A stretch of DNA of 64,000 bases, taken from the NCBI RefSeq assembly GCF_009914755.1, contig NC_060937.1; one strand, written 5' to 3'. Positions within the stretch are counted from its first letter, which is position 1, and the number at the start of each line of letters is the position of its first letter. Shown here in pieces: positions 51,813 to 64,000 of this stretch. The stretch is from the human T2T-CHM13v2.0 reference genome, Homo sapiens. The notes below the pieces were generated by a model. The model searched no databases. It saw nothing but the letters and a program-made list of their open reading frames with translations, and was not told the DNA's origin. Position numbers and translations under genes: made by a program.

Positions 51813-54800
51813 GTGTTTCAAACCTGCTCTATGAAAGGGAATCTTCAACTCTATGAGTTGAATGCAGACATCAGAAAGAAATTTCTGAGAATGCTGCTGT
51901 CTACCTTTTATTTGAATTCCCGCTTCCAACGAAATCCTCCAAGCTATCCAAATATCCACTTGCAGATTCCACAAAAAGAGTGTTTCAAAACTGCTCTCTA
52001 TCAATGGCAAAGTTCAACTCTGTTAGTTGAGGACACATATCACCAACAAGTTTCTGAGAATGCTTCTGTCTATTTTTTATGGGAAGATATTTCCTTTTTC
52101 ACCGTAGGCGTCAAGGCGATCGAAATGTCCACTTCCACAAACTACAAAAAGAGTGTTTCAAACCTGCTCTATGAAAGGCCATGTTCATCTCTATGAGTCG
52201 AATGGAAATATCCGAAAAAATTTCTGGGAATGCTGCTGTCTAGTTTTTATACGAATTCCCGCTTCCAACGAAATCCTCAAAGCAATCCAAATATCCACTT
52301 GCAGAATCCACAAAAAGAGTGTTTCAAAACTGCTCTATCAATAGAAAGGTTCAACTCTTTTAGTTGAGTACACACATCACAAACAAGTTTCTGAGAATGC
52401 TTCTGTCTGGCTTTTATTGGAAGACGTTTCCTTTTCACCAAAGGCATCAAAGCGCTCCAAATGTCCACTTCCAGATTCTTCCAAAAGAGTGTTTGAAACG
52501 TGCTCAAAGTAAGGGAATGTTCAACTCTGTGACTTGAATGCAGATATCACCAAGTAGTTTCTAATAGTGCTTCTGTCTAGATTTTAGATGATGATATTCC
52601 CGTTTCCAACGAAATCGTTAGAGCTATCCAAATATCCACTTACAGTTGCTACAAAAAGAGTGTTTCCAAACTGCTGCATCAAAAGAAAGGTTCAACTCTG
52701 TTAGTTGAGGACACACATCACAAAGAAGTTTGTGAGAATGCTTCTGTCTAGATTTTGTATGACCATATTCCCTTTTCCAGCGATATCATTAAAGCAATCT
52801 AAATATCCATTTGCAGAATCCACAAAAATAGAGTTTCAAAGCTGCTCTGTAAAAAGAAAGGTTCCACTCTGTTAGCTGAGTACACACATCACAAACTTGT
52901 TTCTCAGAATCCTTCTGTCTCGTTTTTATGGGAAGATATTTACTTTTTCACCGTAGGCATCAAAGCGCTCCAAATGTCCACATCCAGATACTCCAGAAAG
53001 AGTGTTTCAAACCTGCTCTATGAAAGGGAATCTTCAACTCTATGAGTTGAATGCAGACATCAGAAAGAAATTTCTGAGAATGCTGCTGTCTACCTTTTAT
53101 TTGAATTCCCGCTTCCAACGAAATCCTCCAAGCTATCCAAATATCCACCTGCATTTTCCACAAAAAGAGCGTTTCAAAACTGCTCTATCAATAGAAATGT
53201 TCAACTCCTTTGGCTGGGTACACACATCACAAACAAGTTTCTGAGAATGCTTCTGTCTAGTTTTTATGGGAAGACATTCCCTTTTTCACCAAAGGCATCA
53301 AAGCGCTCCAAATGTCCACTTCCAGACACTACAAAAAGAGTGTTTCCAACGTGCTCTAAGAAAGCGAATGTTCAACTCTGTGACTTGAATGCAGATATCA
53401 CAAAGTAGTTTCTGAGAGGGCTTCTGTCTAGATTTTAGATGATGATATTCCCGTTTCCAACGAAATCATTAGAGCTATCCAAATATCCACTTACAGTTTC
53501 TACAAAAAGAGTGTTTCCAAACTGCTGCATCAAAAGAGAGGTTCCACTCTGTTAGCTGAGTACACACATCACAAACTTGTTTCTCAGAATCCTTCTGTCT
53601 CGTTTTTCTGGGAAGATATTTACTTTTTCACCGTAGGCATCAAAGCGCTCCAAATGTCCACATCCAGATACTCCAGAAAGAGTGTTTCAAACCTGCTCTA
53701 TGAAAGGGAATCTTCAACTCTATGAGTTGAATGCAGACATCAGAAAGAAATTTCTGAGAATGCTGCTGTCTACCTTTTATTTGAATTCCCGCTTCCAACG
53801 AAATCCTCCAAGCTATCCAAATATCCACTTGCAGATTCCACAAAAAGAGTGTTTCAAAACTGCTCTCTATCAATGGCAAAGTTCAACTCTGTTAGTTGAG
53901 GACACATATCACCAACAAGTTTCTGAGAATGCTTCTGTCTATTTTTTATGGGAAGATATTTCCTTTTTCACCGTAGGCGTCAAGGCGATCGAAATGTCCA
54001 CTTCCACAAACTACAAAAAGAGTGTTTCAAACCTGCTCTATGAAAGGCCATGTTCATCTCTATGAGTCGAATGGAAATATCCGAAAGAAATTTCTGGGAA
54101 TGCTGCTGTCTAGTTTTTATACGAATTCCCGCTTCCAACGAAATCCTCAAAGCAATCCAAATATCCACTTGCAGAATCCACAAAAAGAGTGTTTCAAAAC
54201 TGCTCTATCAATAGAAAGGTTCAACTCTTTTAGTTGAGTACACACATCACAAACAAGTTTCTGAGAATGCTTCTGTCTGGCTTTTATTGGAAGACGTTTC
54301 CTTTTCACCAAAGGCATCAAAGCGCTCCAAATGTCCACTTCCAGATTCTTCCAAAAGAGTGTTTGAAACGTGCTCAAAGTAAGGGAATGTTCAACTCTGT
54401 GACTTGAATGCAGATATCACCAAGTAGTTTCTAATAGTGCTTCTGTCTAGATTTTAGATGATGATATTCCCGTTTCCAACGAAATCGTTAGAGCTATCCA
54501 AATATCCACTTACAGTTGCTACAAAAACAGTGTTTCCAAACTGCTGCATCAAAAGAAAGGTTCAACTCTGTTAGTTGAGGTCACACGTCACAAAGAAGTT
54601 TGTGAGAATGCTTCTGTCTAGATTTTGTATGACGATATTCCCTTTTCCAACGATATCGTTAAAGCAATCTAAATATCCATTTGCAGAATCCACAAAAATA
54701 GAGTTTCAAAGCTGCTCTGTAAAAAGAAAGGTTCCACTCTGTTAGCTGAGTACACACATCACAAACTTGTTTCTCAGAATCCTTCTGTCTCGTTTTTCTG

Positions 54801-57800
54801 GGAAGATATTTACTTTTTCACCGTAGGCATCAAAGCGCTCCAAATGTCCACATCCAGATACTCCAGAAAGAGTGTTTCAAACCTGCTCTATGAAAGGGAA
54901 TCTTCAACTCTATGAGTTGAATGCAGACATCAGAAAGAAATTTCTGAGAATGCTGCTGTCTACCTTTTATTTGAATTCCCGCTTCCAACGAAATCCTCCA
55001 AGCTATCCAAATATCCACTTGCAGATTCCACAAAAAGAGTGTTTCAAAACTGCTCTCTATCAATGGCAAAGTTCAACTCTGTTAGTTGAGGACACATATC
55101 ACCAACAAGTTTCTGAGAATGCTTCTGTCTATTTTTTATGGGAAGATATTTCCTTTTTCACCGTAGGCGTCAAGGCGATCGAAATGTCCACTTCCACAAA
55201 CTACAAAAAGAGTGTTTCAAACCTGCTCTATGAAAGGCCATGTTCATCTCTATGAGTCGAATGGAAATATCCGAAAAAATTTCTGGGAATGCTGCTGTCT
55301 AGTTTTTATACGAATTCCCGCTTCCAACGAAATCCTCAAAGCAATCCAAATATCCACTTGCAGAATCCACAAAAAGAGTGTTTCAAAACTGCTCTATCAA
55401 TAGAAAGGTTCAACTCTTTTAGTTGAGTACACACATCACAAACAAGTTTCTGAGAATGCTTCTGTCTGGCTTTTATTGGAAGACGTTTCCTTTTCACCAA
55501 AGGCATCAAAGCGCTCCAAATGTCCACTTCCAGATTCTTCCAAAAGAGTGTTTGAAACGTGCTCAAAGTAAGGGAATGTTCAACTCTGTGACTTGAATGC
55601 AGATATCACCAAGTAGTTTCTAATAGTGCTTCTGTCTAGATTTTAGATGATGATATTCCCGTTTCCAACGAAATCGTTAGAGCTATCCAAATATCCACTT
55701 ACAGTTGCTACAAAAAGAGTGTTTCCAAACTGCTGCATCAAAAGAAAGGTTCAACTCTGTTAGTTGAGGACACACATCACAAAGAAGTTTGTGAGAATGC
55801 TTCTGTCTAGATTTTGTATGACCATATTCCCTTTTCCAGCGATATCATTAAAGCAATCTAAATATCCATTTGCAGAATCCACAAAAATAGAGTTTCAAAG
55901 CTGCTCTGTAAAAAGAAAGGTTCCACTCTGTTAGCTGAGTACACACATCACAAACTTGTTTCTCAGAATCCTTCTGTCTCGTTTTTATGGGAAGATATTT
56001 ACTTTTTCACCGTAGGCATCAAAGCGCTCCAAATGTCCACATCCAGATACTCCAGAAAGAGTGTTTCAAACCTGCTCTATGAAAGGGAATCTTCAACTCT
56101 ATGAGTTGAATGCAGACATCAGAAAGAAATTTCTGAGAATGCTGCTGTCTACCTTTTATTTGAATTCCCGCTTCCAACGAAATCCTCCAAGCTATCCAAA
56201 TATCCACCTGCATTTTCCACAAAAAGAGCGTTTCAAAACTGCTCTATCAATAGAAATGTTCAACTCCTTTGGCTGGGTACACACATCACAAACAAGTTTC
56301 TGAGAATGCTTCTGTCTAGTTTTTATGGGAAGACATTCCCTTTTTCACCAAAGGCATCAAAGCGCTCCAAATGTCCACTTCCAGACACTACAAAAAGAGT
56401 GTTTCCAACGTGCTCTAAGAAAGCGAATGTTCAACTCTGTGACTTGAATGCAGATATCACAAAGTAGTTTCTGAGAGGGCTTCTGTCTAGATTTTAGATG
56501 ATGATATTCCCGTTTCCAACGAAATCATTAGAGCTATCCAAATATCCACTTACAGTTTCTACAAAAAGAGTGTTTCCAAACTGCTGCATCAAAAGAGAGG
56601 TTCCACTCTGTTAGCTGAGTACACACATCACAAACTTGTTTCTCAGAATCCTTCTGTCTCGTTTTTCTGGGAAGATATTTACTTTTTCACCGTAGGCATC
56701 AAAGCGCTCCAAATGTCCACATCCAGATACTCCAGAAAGAGTGTTTCAAACCTGCTCTATGAAAGGGAATCTTCAACTCTATGAGTTGAATGCAGACATC
56801 AGAAAGAAATTTCTGAGAATGCTGCTGTCTACCTTTTATTTGAATTCCCGCTTCCAACGAAATCCTCCAAGCTATCCAAATATCCACTTGCAGATTCCAC
56901 AAAAAGAGTGTTTCAAAACTGCTCTCTATCAATGGCAAAGTTCAACTCTGTTAGTTGAGGACACATATCACCAACAAGTTTCTGAGAATGCTTCTGTCTA
57001 TTTTTTATGGGAAGATATTTCCTTTTTCACCGTAGGCGTCAAGGCGATCGAAATGTCCACTTCCACAAACTACAAAAAGAGTGTTTCAAACCTGCTCTAT
57101 GAAAGGCCATGTTCATCTCTATGAGTCGAATGGAAATATCCGAAAGAAATTTCTGGGAATGCTGCTGTCTAGTTTTTATACGAATTCCCGCTTCCAACGA
57201 AATCCTCAAAGCAATCCAAATATCCACTTGCAGAATCCACAAAAAGAGTGTTTCAAAACTGCTCTATCAATAGAAAGGTTCAACTCTTTTAGTTGAGTAC
57301 ACACATCACAAACAAGTTTCTGAGAATGCTTCTGTCTGGCTTTTATTGGAAGACGTTTCCTTTTCACCAAAGGCATCAAAGCGCTCCAAATGTCCACTTC
57401 CAGATTCTTCCAAAAGAGTGTTTGAAACGTGCTCAAAGTAAGGGAATGTTCAACTCTGTGACTTGAATGCAGATATCACCAAGTAGTTTCTAATAGTGCT
57501 TCTGTCTAGATTTTAGATGATGATATTCCCGTTTCCAACGAAATCGTTAGAGCTATCCAAATATCCACTTACAGTTGCTACAAAAACAGTGTTTCCAAAC
57601 TGCTGCATCAAAAGAAAGGTTCAACTCTGTTAGTTGAGGACACACGTCACAAAGAAGTTTGTGAGAATGCTTCTGTCTAGATTTTGTATGACGATATTCC
57701 CTTTTCCAACGATATCGTTAAAGCAATCTAAATATCCATTTGCAGAATCCACAAAAATAGAGTTTCAAAGCTGCTCTGTAAAAAGAAAGGTTCCACTCTG

Positions 57801-60800
57801 TTAGCTGAGTACACACATCACAAACTTGTTTCTGAGAATCCTTCTGTCTCGTTTTTATGGGAAGATATTTACTTTTTCACCGTAGGCATCAAAGCGCTCC
57901 AAATGTCCACATCCAGATACTCCAGAAAGAGTGTTTCAAACCTGCTCTATGAAAGGGAATCTTCAACTCTATGAGTTGAATGCAGACATCAGAAAGAAAT
58001 TTCTGAGAATGCTGCTGTCTACCTTTTATTTGAATTCCCGCTTCCAACGAAATCCTCCAAGCTATCCAAATATCCACTTGCAGATTCCACAAAAAGAGTG
58101 TTTCAAAACTGCTCTCTATCAATGGCAAAGTTCAACTCTGTTAGTTGAGGACACATATCACCAACAAGTTTCTGAGAATGCTTCTGTCTATTTTTTATGG
58201 GAAGATATTTCCTTTTTCACCGTAGGCGTCAAGGCGATCGAAATGTCCACTTCCACAAACTACAAAAAGAGTGTTTCAAACCTGCTCTATGAAAGGCCAT
58301 GTTCATCTCTATGAGTCGAATGGAAATATCCGAAAGAAATTTCTGGGAATGCTGCTGTCTAGTTTTTATACGAATTCCCGCTTCCAACGAAATCCTCAAA
58401 GCAATCCAAATATCCACTTGCAGAATCCACAAAAAGAGTGTTTCAAAACTGCTCTATCAATAGAAAGGTTCAACTCTTTTAGTTGAGTACACACATCACA
58501 AACAAGTTTCTGAGAATGCTTCTGTCTGGCTTTTATTGGAAGACGTTTCCTTTTCACCAAAGGCATCAAAGCGCTCCAAATGTCCACTTCCAGATTCTTC
58601 CAAAAGAGTGTTTGAAACGTGCTCAAAGTAAGGGAATGTTCAACTCTGTGACTTGAATGCAGATATCACCAAGTAGTTTCTAATAGTGCTTCTGTCTAGA
58701 TTTTAGATGATGATATTCCCGTTTCCAACGAAATCGTTAGAGCTATCCAAATATCCACTTACAGTTGCTACAAAAACAGTGTTTCCAAACTGCTGCATCA
58801 AAAGAAAGGTTCAACTCTGTTAGTTGAGGACACACGTCACAAAGAAGTTTGTGAGAATGCTTCTGTCTAGATTTTGTATGACGATATTCCCTTTTCCAAC
58901 GATATCGTTAAAGCAATCTAAATATCCATTTGCAGAATCCACAAAAATAGAGTTTCAAAGCTGCTCTGTAAAAAGAAAGGTTCCACTCTGTTAGCTGAGT
59001 ACACACATCACAAACTTGTTTCTCAGAATCCTTCTGTCTCGTTTTTCTGGGAAGATATTTACTTTTTCACCGTAGGCATCAAAGCGCTCCAAATGTCCAC
59101 ATCCAGATACTCCAGAAAGAGTGTTTCAAACCTGCTCTATGAAAGGGAATCTTCAACTCTATGAGTTGAATGCAGACATCAGAAAGAAATTTCTGAGAAT
59201 GCTGCTGTCTACCTTTTATTTGAATTCCCGCTTCCAACGAAATCCTCCAAGCTATCCAAATATCCACTTGCAGATTCCACAAAAAGAGTGTTTCAAAACT
59301 GCTCTCTATCAATGGCAAAGTTCAACTCTGTTAGTTGAGGACACATATCACCAACAAGTTTCTGAGAATGCTTCTGTCTATTTTTTATGGGAAGATATTT
59401 CCTTTTTCACCGTAGGCGTCAAGGCGATCGAAATGTCCACTTCCACAAACTACAAAAAGAGTGTTTCAAACCTGCTCTATGAAAGGCCATGTTCATCTCT
59501 ATGAGTCGAATGGAAATATCCGAAAGAAATTTCTGGGAATGCTGCTGTCTAGTTTTTATACGAATTCCCGCTTCCAACGAAATCCTCAAAGCAATCCAAA
59601 TATCCACTTGCAGAATCCACAAAAAGAGTGTTTCAAAACTGCTCTATCAATAGAAAGGTTCAACTCTTTTAGTTGAGTACACACATCACAAACAAGTTTC
59701 TGAGAATGCTTCTGTCTGGCTTTTATTGGAAGACGTTTCCTTTTCACCAAAGGCATCAAAGCGCTCCAAATGTCCACTTCCAGATTCTTCCAAAAGAGTG
59801 TTTGAAACGTGCTCAAAGTAAGGGAATGTTCAACTCTGTGACTTGAATGCAGATATCACCAAGTAGTTTCTAATAGTGCTTCTGTCTAGATTTTAGATGA
59901 TGATATTCCCGTTTCCAACGAAATCGTTAGAGCTATCCAAATATCCACTTACAGTTGCTACAAAAACAGTGTTTCCAAACTGCTGCATCAAAAGAAAGGT
60001 TCAACTCTGTTAGTTGAGGACACACGTCACAAAGAAGTTTGTGAGAATGCTTCTGTCTAGATTTTGTATGACGATATTCCCTTTTCCAACGATATCGTTA
60101 AAGCAATCTAAATATCCATTTGCAGAATCCACAAAAATAGAGTTTCAAAGCTGCTCTGTAAAAAGAAAGGTTCCACTCTGTTAGCTGAGTACACACATCA
60201 CAAACTTGTTTCTCAGAATCCTTCTGTCTCGTTTTTCTGGGAAGATATTTACTTTTTCACCGTAGGCATCAAAGCGCTCCAAATGTCCACATCCAGATAC
60301 TCCAGAAAGAGTGTTTCAAACCTGCTCTATGAAAGGGAATCTTCAACTCTATGAGTTGAATGCAGACATCAGAAAGAAATTTCTGAGAATGCTGCTGTCT
60401 ACCTTTTATTTGAATTCCCGCTTCCAACGAAATCCTCCAAGCTATCCAAATATCCACTTGCAGATTCCACAAAAAGAGTGTTTCAAAACTGCTCTCTATC
60501 AATGGCAAAGTTCAACTCTGTTAGTTGAGGACACATATCACCAACAAGTTTCTGAGAATGCTTCTGTCTATTTTTTATGGGAAGATATTTCCTTTTTCAC
60601 CGTAGGCGTCAAGGCGATCGAAATGTCCACTTCCACAAACTACAAAAAGAGTGTTTCAAACCTGCTCTATGAAAGGCCATGTTCATCTCTATGAGTCGAA
60701 TGGAAATATCCGAAAGAAATTTCTGGGAATGCTGCTGTCTAGTTTTTATACGAATTCCCGCTTCCAACGAAATCCTCAAAGCAATCCAAATATCCACTTG

Positions 60801-63800
60801 CAGAATCCACAAAAAGAGTGTTTCAAAACTGCTCTATCAATAGAAAGGTTCAACTCTTTTAGTTGAGTACACACATCACAAACAAGTTTCTGAGAATGCT
60901 TCTGTCTGGCTTTTATTGGAAGACGTTTCCTTTTCACCAAAGGCATCAAAGCGCTCCAAATGTCCACTTCCAGATTCTTCCAAAAGAGTGTTTGAAACGT
61001 GCTCAAAGTAAGGGAATGTTCAACTCTGTGACTTGAATGCAGATATCACCAAGTAGTTTCTAATAGTGCTTCTGTCTAGATTTTAGATGATGATATTCCC
61101 GTTTCCAACGAAATCGTTAGAGCTATCCAAATATCCACTTACAGTTTCTACAAAAACAGTGTTTCCAAACTGCTGCATCAAAAGAAAGGTTCAACTCTGT
61201 TAGTTGAGGACACACATCACAAAGAAGTTTGTGAGAATGCTTCTGTCTAGATTTTGTATGACCATATTCCCTTTTCCAGCGATATCATTAAAGCAATCTA
61301 AATATCCATTTGCAGAATCCACAAAAATAGAGTTTCAAAGCTGCTCTGTAAAAAGAAAGGTTCCACTCTGTTAGCTGAGTACACACATCACAAACTTGTT
61401 TCTCAGAATCCTTCTGTCTCGTTTTTATGGGAAGATATTTACTTTTTCACCGTAGGCATCAAAGCGCTCCAAATGTCCACATCCAGATACTCCAGAAAGA
61501 GTGTTTCAAACCTGCTCTATGAAAGGGAATCTTCAACTCTATGAGTTGAATGCAGACATCAGAAAGAAATTTCTGAGAATGCTGCTGTCTACCTTTTATT
61601 TGAATTCCCGCTTCCAACGAAATCCTCCAAGCTATCCAAATATCCACCTGCATTTTCCACAAAAAGAGCGTTTCAAAACTGCTCTATCAATAGAAATGTT
61701 CAACTCCTTTGGCTGGGTACACACATCACAAACAAGTTTCTGAGAATGCTTCTGTCTAGTTTTTATGGGAAGACATTCCCTTTTTCACCAAAGGCATCAA
61801 AGCGCTCCAAATGTCCACTTCCAGACACTACAAAAAGAGTGTTTCCAACGTGCTCTAAGAAAGCGAATGTTCAACTCTGTGACTTGAATGCAGATATCAC
61901 AAAGTAGTTTCTGAGAGGGCTTCTGTGTAGATTTTAGATGATGATATTCCCGTTTCCAACGAAATCATTAGAGCTATCCAAATATCCACTTACAGTTTCT
62001 ACAAAAAGAGTGTTTCCAAACTGCTGCATCAAAAGAGAGGTTCCACTCTGTTAGCTGAGTACACACATCACAAACTTGTTTCTCAGAATCCTTCTGTCTC
62101 GTTTTTCTGGGAAGATATTTACTTTTTCACCGTAGGCATCAAAGCGCTCCAAATGTCCACATCCAGATACTCCAGAAAGAGTGTTTCAAACCTGCTCTAT
62201 GAAAGGGAATCTTCAACTCTATGAGTTGAATGCAGACATCAGAAAGAAATTTCTGAGAATGCTGCTGTCTACCTTTTATTTGAATTCCCGCTTCCAACGA
62301 AATCCTCCAAGCTATCCAAATATCCACTTGCAGATTCCACAAAAAGAGTGTTTCAAAACTGCTCTCTATCAATGGCAAAGTTCAACTCTGTTAGTTGAGG
62401 ACACATATCACCAACAAGTTTCTGAGAATGCTTCTGTCTATTTTTTATGGGAAGATATTTCCTTTTTCACCGTAGGCGTCAAGGCGATCGAAATGTCCAC
62501 TTCCACAAACTACAAAAAGAGTGTTTCAAACCTGCTCTATGAAAGGCCATGTTCATCTCTATGAGTCGAATGGAAATATCCGAAAGAAATTTCTGGGAAT
62601 GCTGCTGTCTAGTTTTTATACGAATTCCCGCTTCCAACGAAATCCTCAAAGCAATCCAAATATCCACTTGCAGAATCCACAAAAAGAGTGTTTCAAAACT
62701 GCTCTATCAATAGAAAGGTTCAACTCTTTTAGTTGAGTACACACATCACAAACAAGTTTCTGAGAATGCTTCTGTCTGGCTTTTATTGGAAGACGTTTCC
62801 TTTTCACCAAAGGCATCAAAGCGCTCCAAATGTCCACTTCCAGATTCTTCCAAAAGAGTGTTTGAAACGTGCTCAAAGTAAGGGAATGTTCAACTCTGTG
62901 ACTTGAATGCAGATATCACCAAGTAGTTTCTAATAGTGCTTCTGTCTAGATTTTAGATGATGATATTCCCGTTTCCAACGAAATCGTTAGAGCTATCCAA
63001 ATATCCACTTACAGTTGCTACAAAAACAGTGTTTCCAAACTGCTGCATCAAAAGAAAGGTTCAACTCTGTTAGTTGAGGACACACGTCACAAAGAAGTTT
63101 GTGAGAATGCTTCTGTCTAGATTTTGTATGACGATATTCCCTTTTCCAACGATATCGTTAAAGCAATCTAAATATCCATTTGCAGAATCCACAAAAATAG
63201 AGTTTCAAAGCTGCTCTGTAAAAAGAAAGGTTCCACTCTGTTAGCTGAGTACACACATCACAAACTTGTTTCTCAGAATCCTTCTGTCTCGTTTTTCTGG
63301 GAAGATATTTACTTTTTCACCGTAGGCATCAAAGCGCTCCAAATGTCCACATCCAGATACTCCAGAAAGAGTGTTTCAAACCTGCTCTATGAAAGGGAAT
63401 CTTCAACTCTATGAGTTGAATGCAGACATCAGAAAGAAATTTCTGAGAATGCTGCTGTCTACCTTTTATTTGAATTCCCGCTTCCAACGAAATCCTCCAA
63501 GCTATCCAAATATCCACTTGCAGATTCCACAAAAAGAGTGTTTCAAAACTGCTCTCTATCAATGGCAAAGTTCAACTCTGTTAGTTGAGGACACATATCA
63601 CCAACAAGTTTCTGAGAATGCTTCTGTCTATTTTTTATGGGAAGATATTTCCTTTTTCACCGTAGGCGTCAAGGCGATCGAAATGTCCACTTCCACAAAC
63701 TACAAAAAGAGTGTTTCAAACCTGCTCTATGAAAGGCCATGTTCATCTCTATGAGTCGAATGGAAATATCCGAAAGAAATTTCTGGGAATGCTGCTGTCT

Positions 63801-64000
63801 AGTTTTTATACGAATTCCCGCTTCCAACGAAATCCTCAAAGCAATCCAAATATCCACTTGCAGAATCCACAAAAAGAGTGTTTCAAAACTGCTCTATCAA
63901 TAGAAAGGTTCAACTCTTTTAGTTGAGTACACACATCACAAACAAGTTTCTGAGAATGCTTCTGTCTGGCTTTTATTGGAAGACGTTTCCTTTTCACCAA

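Larger units (their letters stand above)
1..64000 (-). repeat. Centromeric alpha-satellite HOR array, most likely human chr13/21 live array (D13Z1/D21Z1; S2C13/21H1L, SF2)
   Basis: Seen: head-to-tail ~170 bp monomers throughout with the alphoid motifs gtttctgagaatgcttctgtct and aaaagagtgtttcaaa. Near-identical units recur at 1870 or 1190 bp. CENP-B boxes read on the minus strand everywhere. Recalled knowledge: the chr13/21 HOR is an 11-mer with 5 CENP-B boxes and a 680 bp EcoRI fragment. EcoRI sites here are at 585, 925, 1775 and 2455 (340/850/680 bp). The alpha-satellite call is near certain; the chromosome family call is about 0.85. Confidence 0.98.
11704..64000 (-). repeat. Mixed block of 7-mer (1190 bp) and 11-mer (1870 bp) HORs
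   Basis: Anchor intervals from 11704 to 63371, in monomers: 7,7,11,7,7,11,7,7,7,11,11,7,11,7,7,11,7,11,11,7,11,7,11,7,7,7,7,7,11,7,11,7,7,7,11,7 (23 7-mers, 13 11-mers). Small deletions total 13 bp and the lengths sum exactly to the span. Confidence 0.96.

Noticed and set aside
11704-63371. The 7/11 order as a code or strict higher-level period
   Set aside because: No consistent period is present. The order is explained by local tandem duplications and recombination, as the shared SNP markers show.
442-63926. Hundreds of 63-127 aa ORFs on both strands (e.g. MFQTCSMKGNLQLYELNADIRKK...)
   Set aside because: They recur exactly with the satellite period, overlap on opposite strands, resemble no protein family I recognise, and are freely frameshifted by indels (near 11886, 19710, 26040). 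They are chance open frames of alpha satellite.
1-64000. CRISPR-like or programmed cassette system (regular short motifs separated by variable sequence)
   Set aside because: The intervening sequences are homologous monomers rather than unique spacers, and there are no cas, recombinase or reverse transcriptase genes.
1-64000. Transposon (L1/Alu) insertion, inversion or non-satellite island
   Set aside because: Unit lengths account exactly for 484-63371, and all CENP-B boxes keep the same orientation. I saw no poly-A tail or target-site duplication.
1-64000. Firm call of chr13 versus chr21, or of kinetochore position
   Set aside because: The two chromosomes share this HOR almost identically, and CENP-A position is epigenetic. 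Neither can be decided from this sequence alone.

Overview
The whole 64 kb window is one uninterrupted, single-orientation array of human-type centromeric alpha satellite with ~170 bp monomers. It contains no genes, RNA genes, transposons or CRISPR arrays, and every listed ORF is a by-product of the repeat. The array is built from an 11-monomer higher-order repeat (HOR, 1870 bp) and a 7-monomer variant (1190 bp) that lacks a 680 bp 4-monomer module. Between anchor positions 484 and 63371 there are 19 11-mers and 23 7-mers. An 11-mer with five CENP-B boxes and EcoRI fragments of 340/850/680 bp fits the suprachromosomal family 2 chr13/21 live array (D13Z1/D21Z1, alpha21-I, S2C13/21H1L). This assignment is from recalled family properties and was not checked by a search. 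The abundant 7-mers lean towards chr13. I see no new gene system. The interesting signal is the array's evolutionary record: a pure 11-mer to mixed 7/11-mer boundary near 11.7 kb, a 290 bp internal duplication that explains the 7-mer, a 7-SNP haplotype tied to the 7-mer, recombinant units, two copies of a divergent monomer patch, and multi-HOR tandem duplications of 4929 and 3059 bp.
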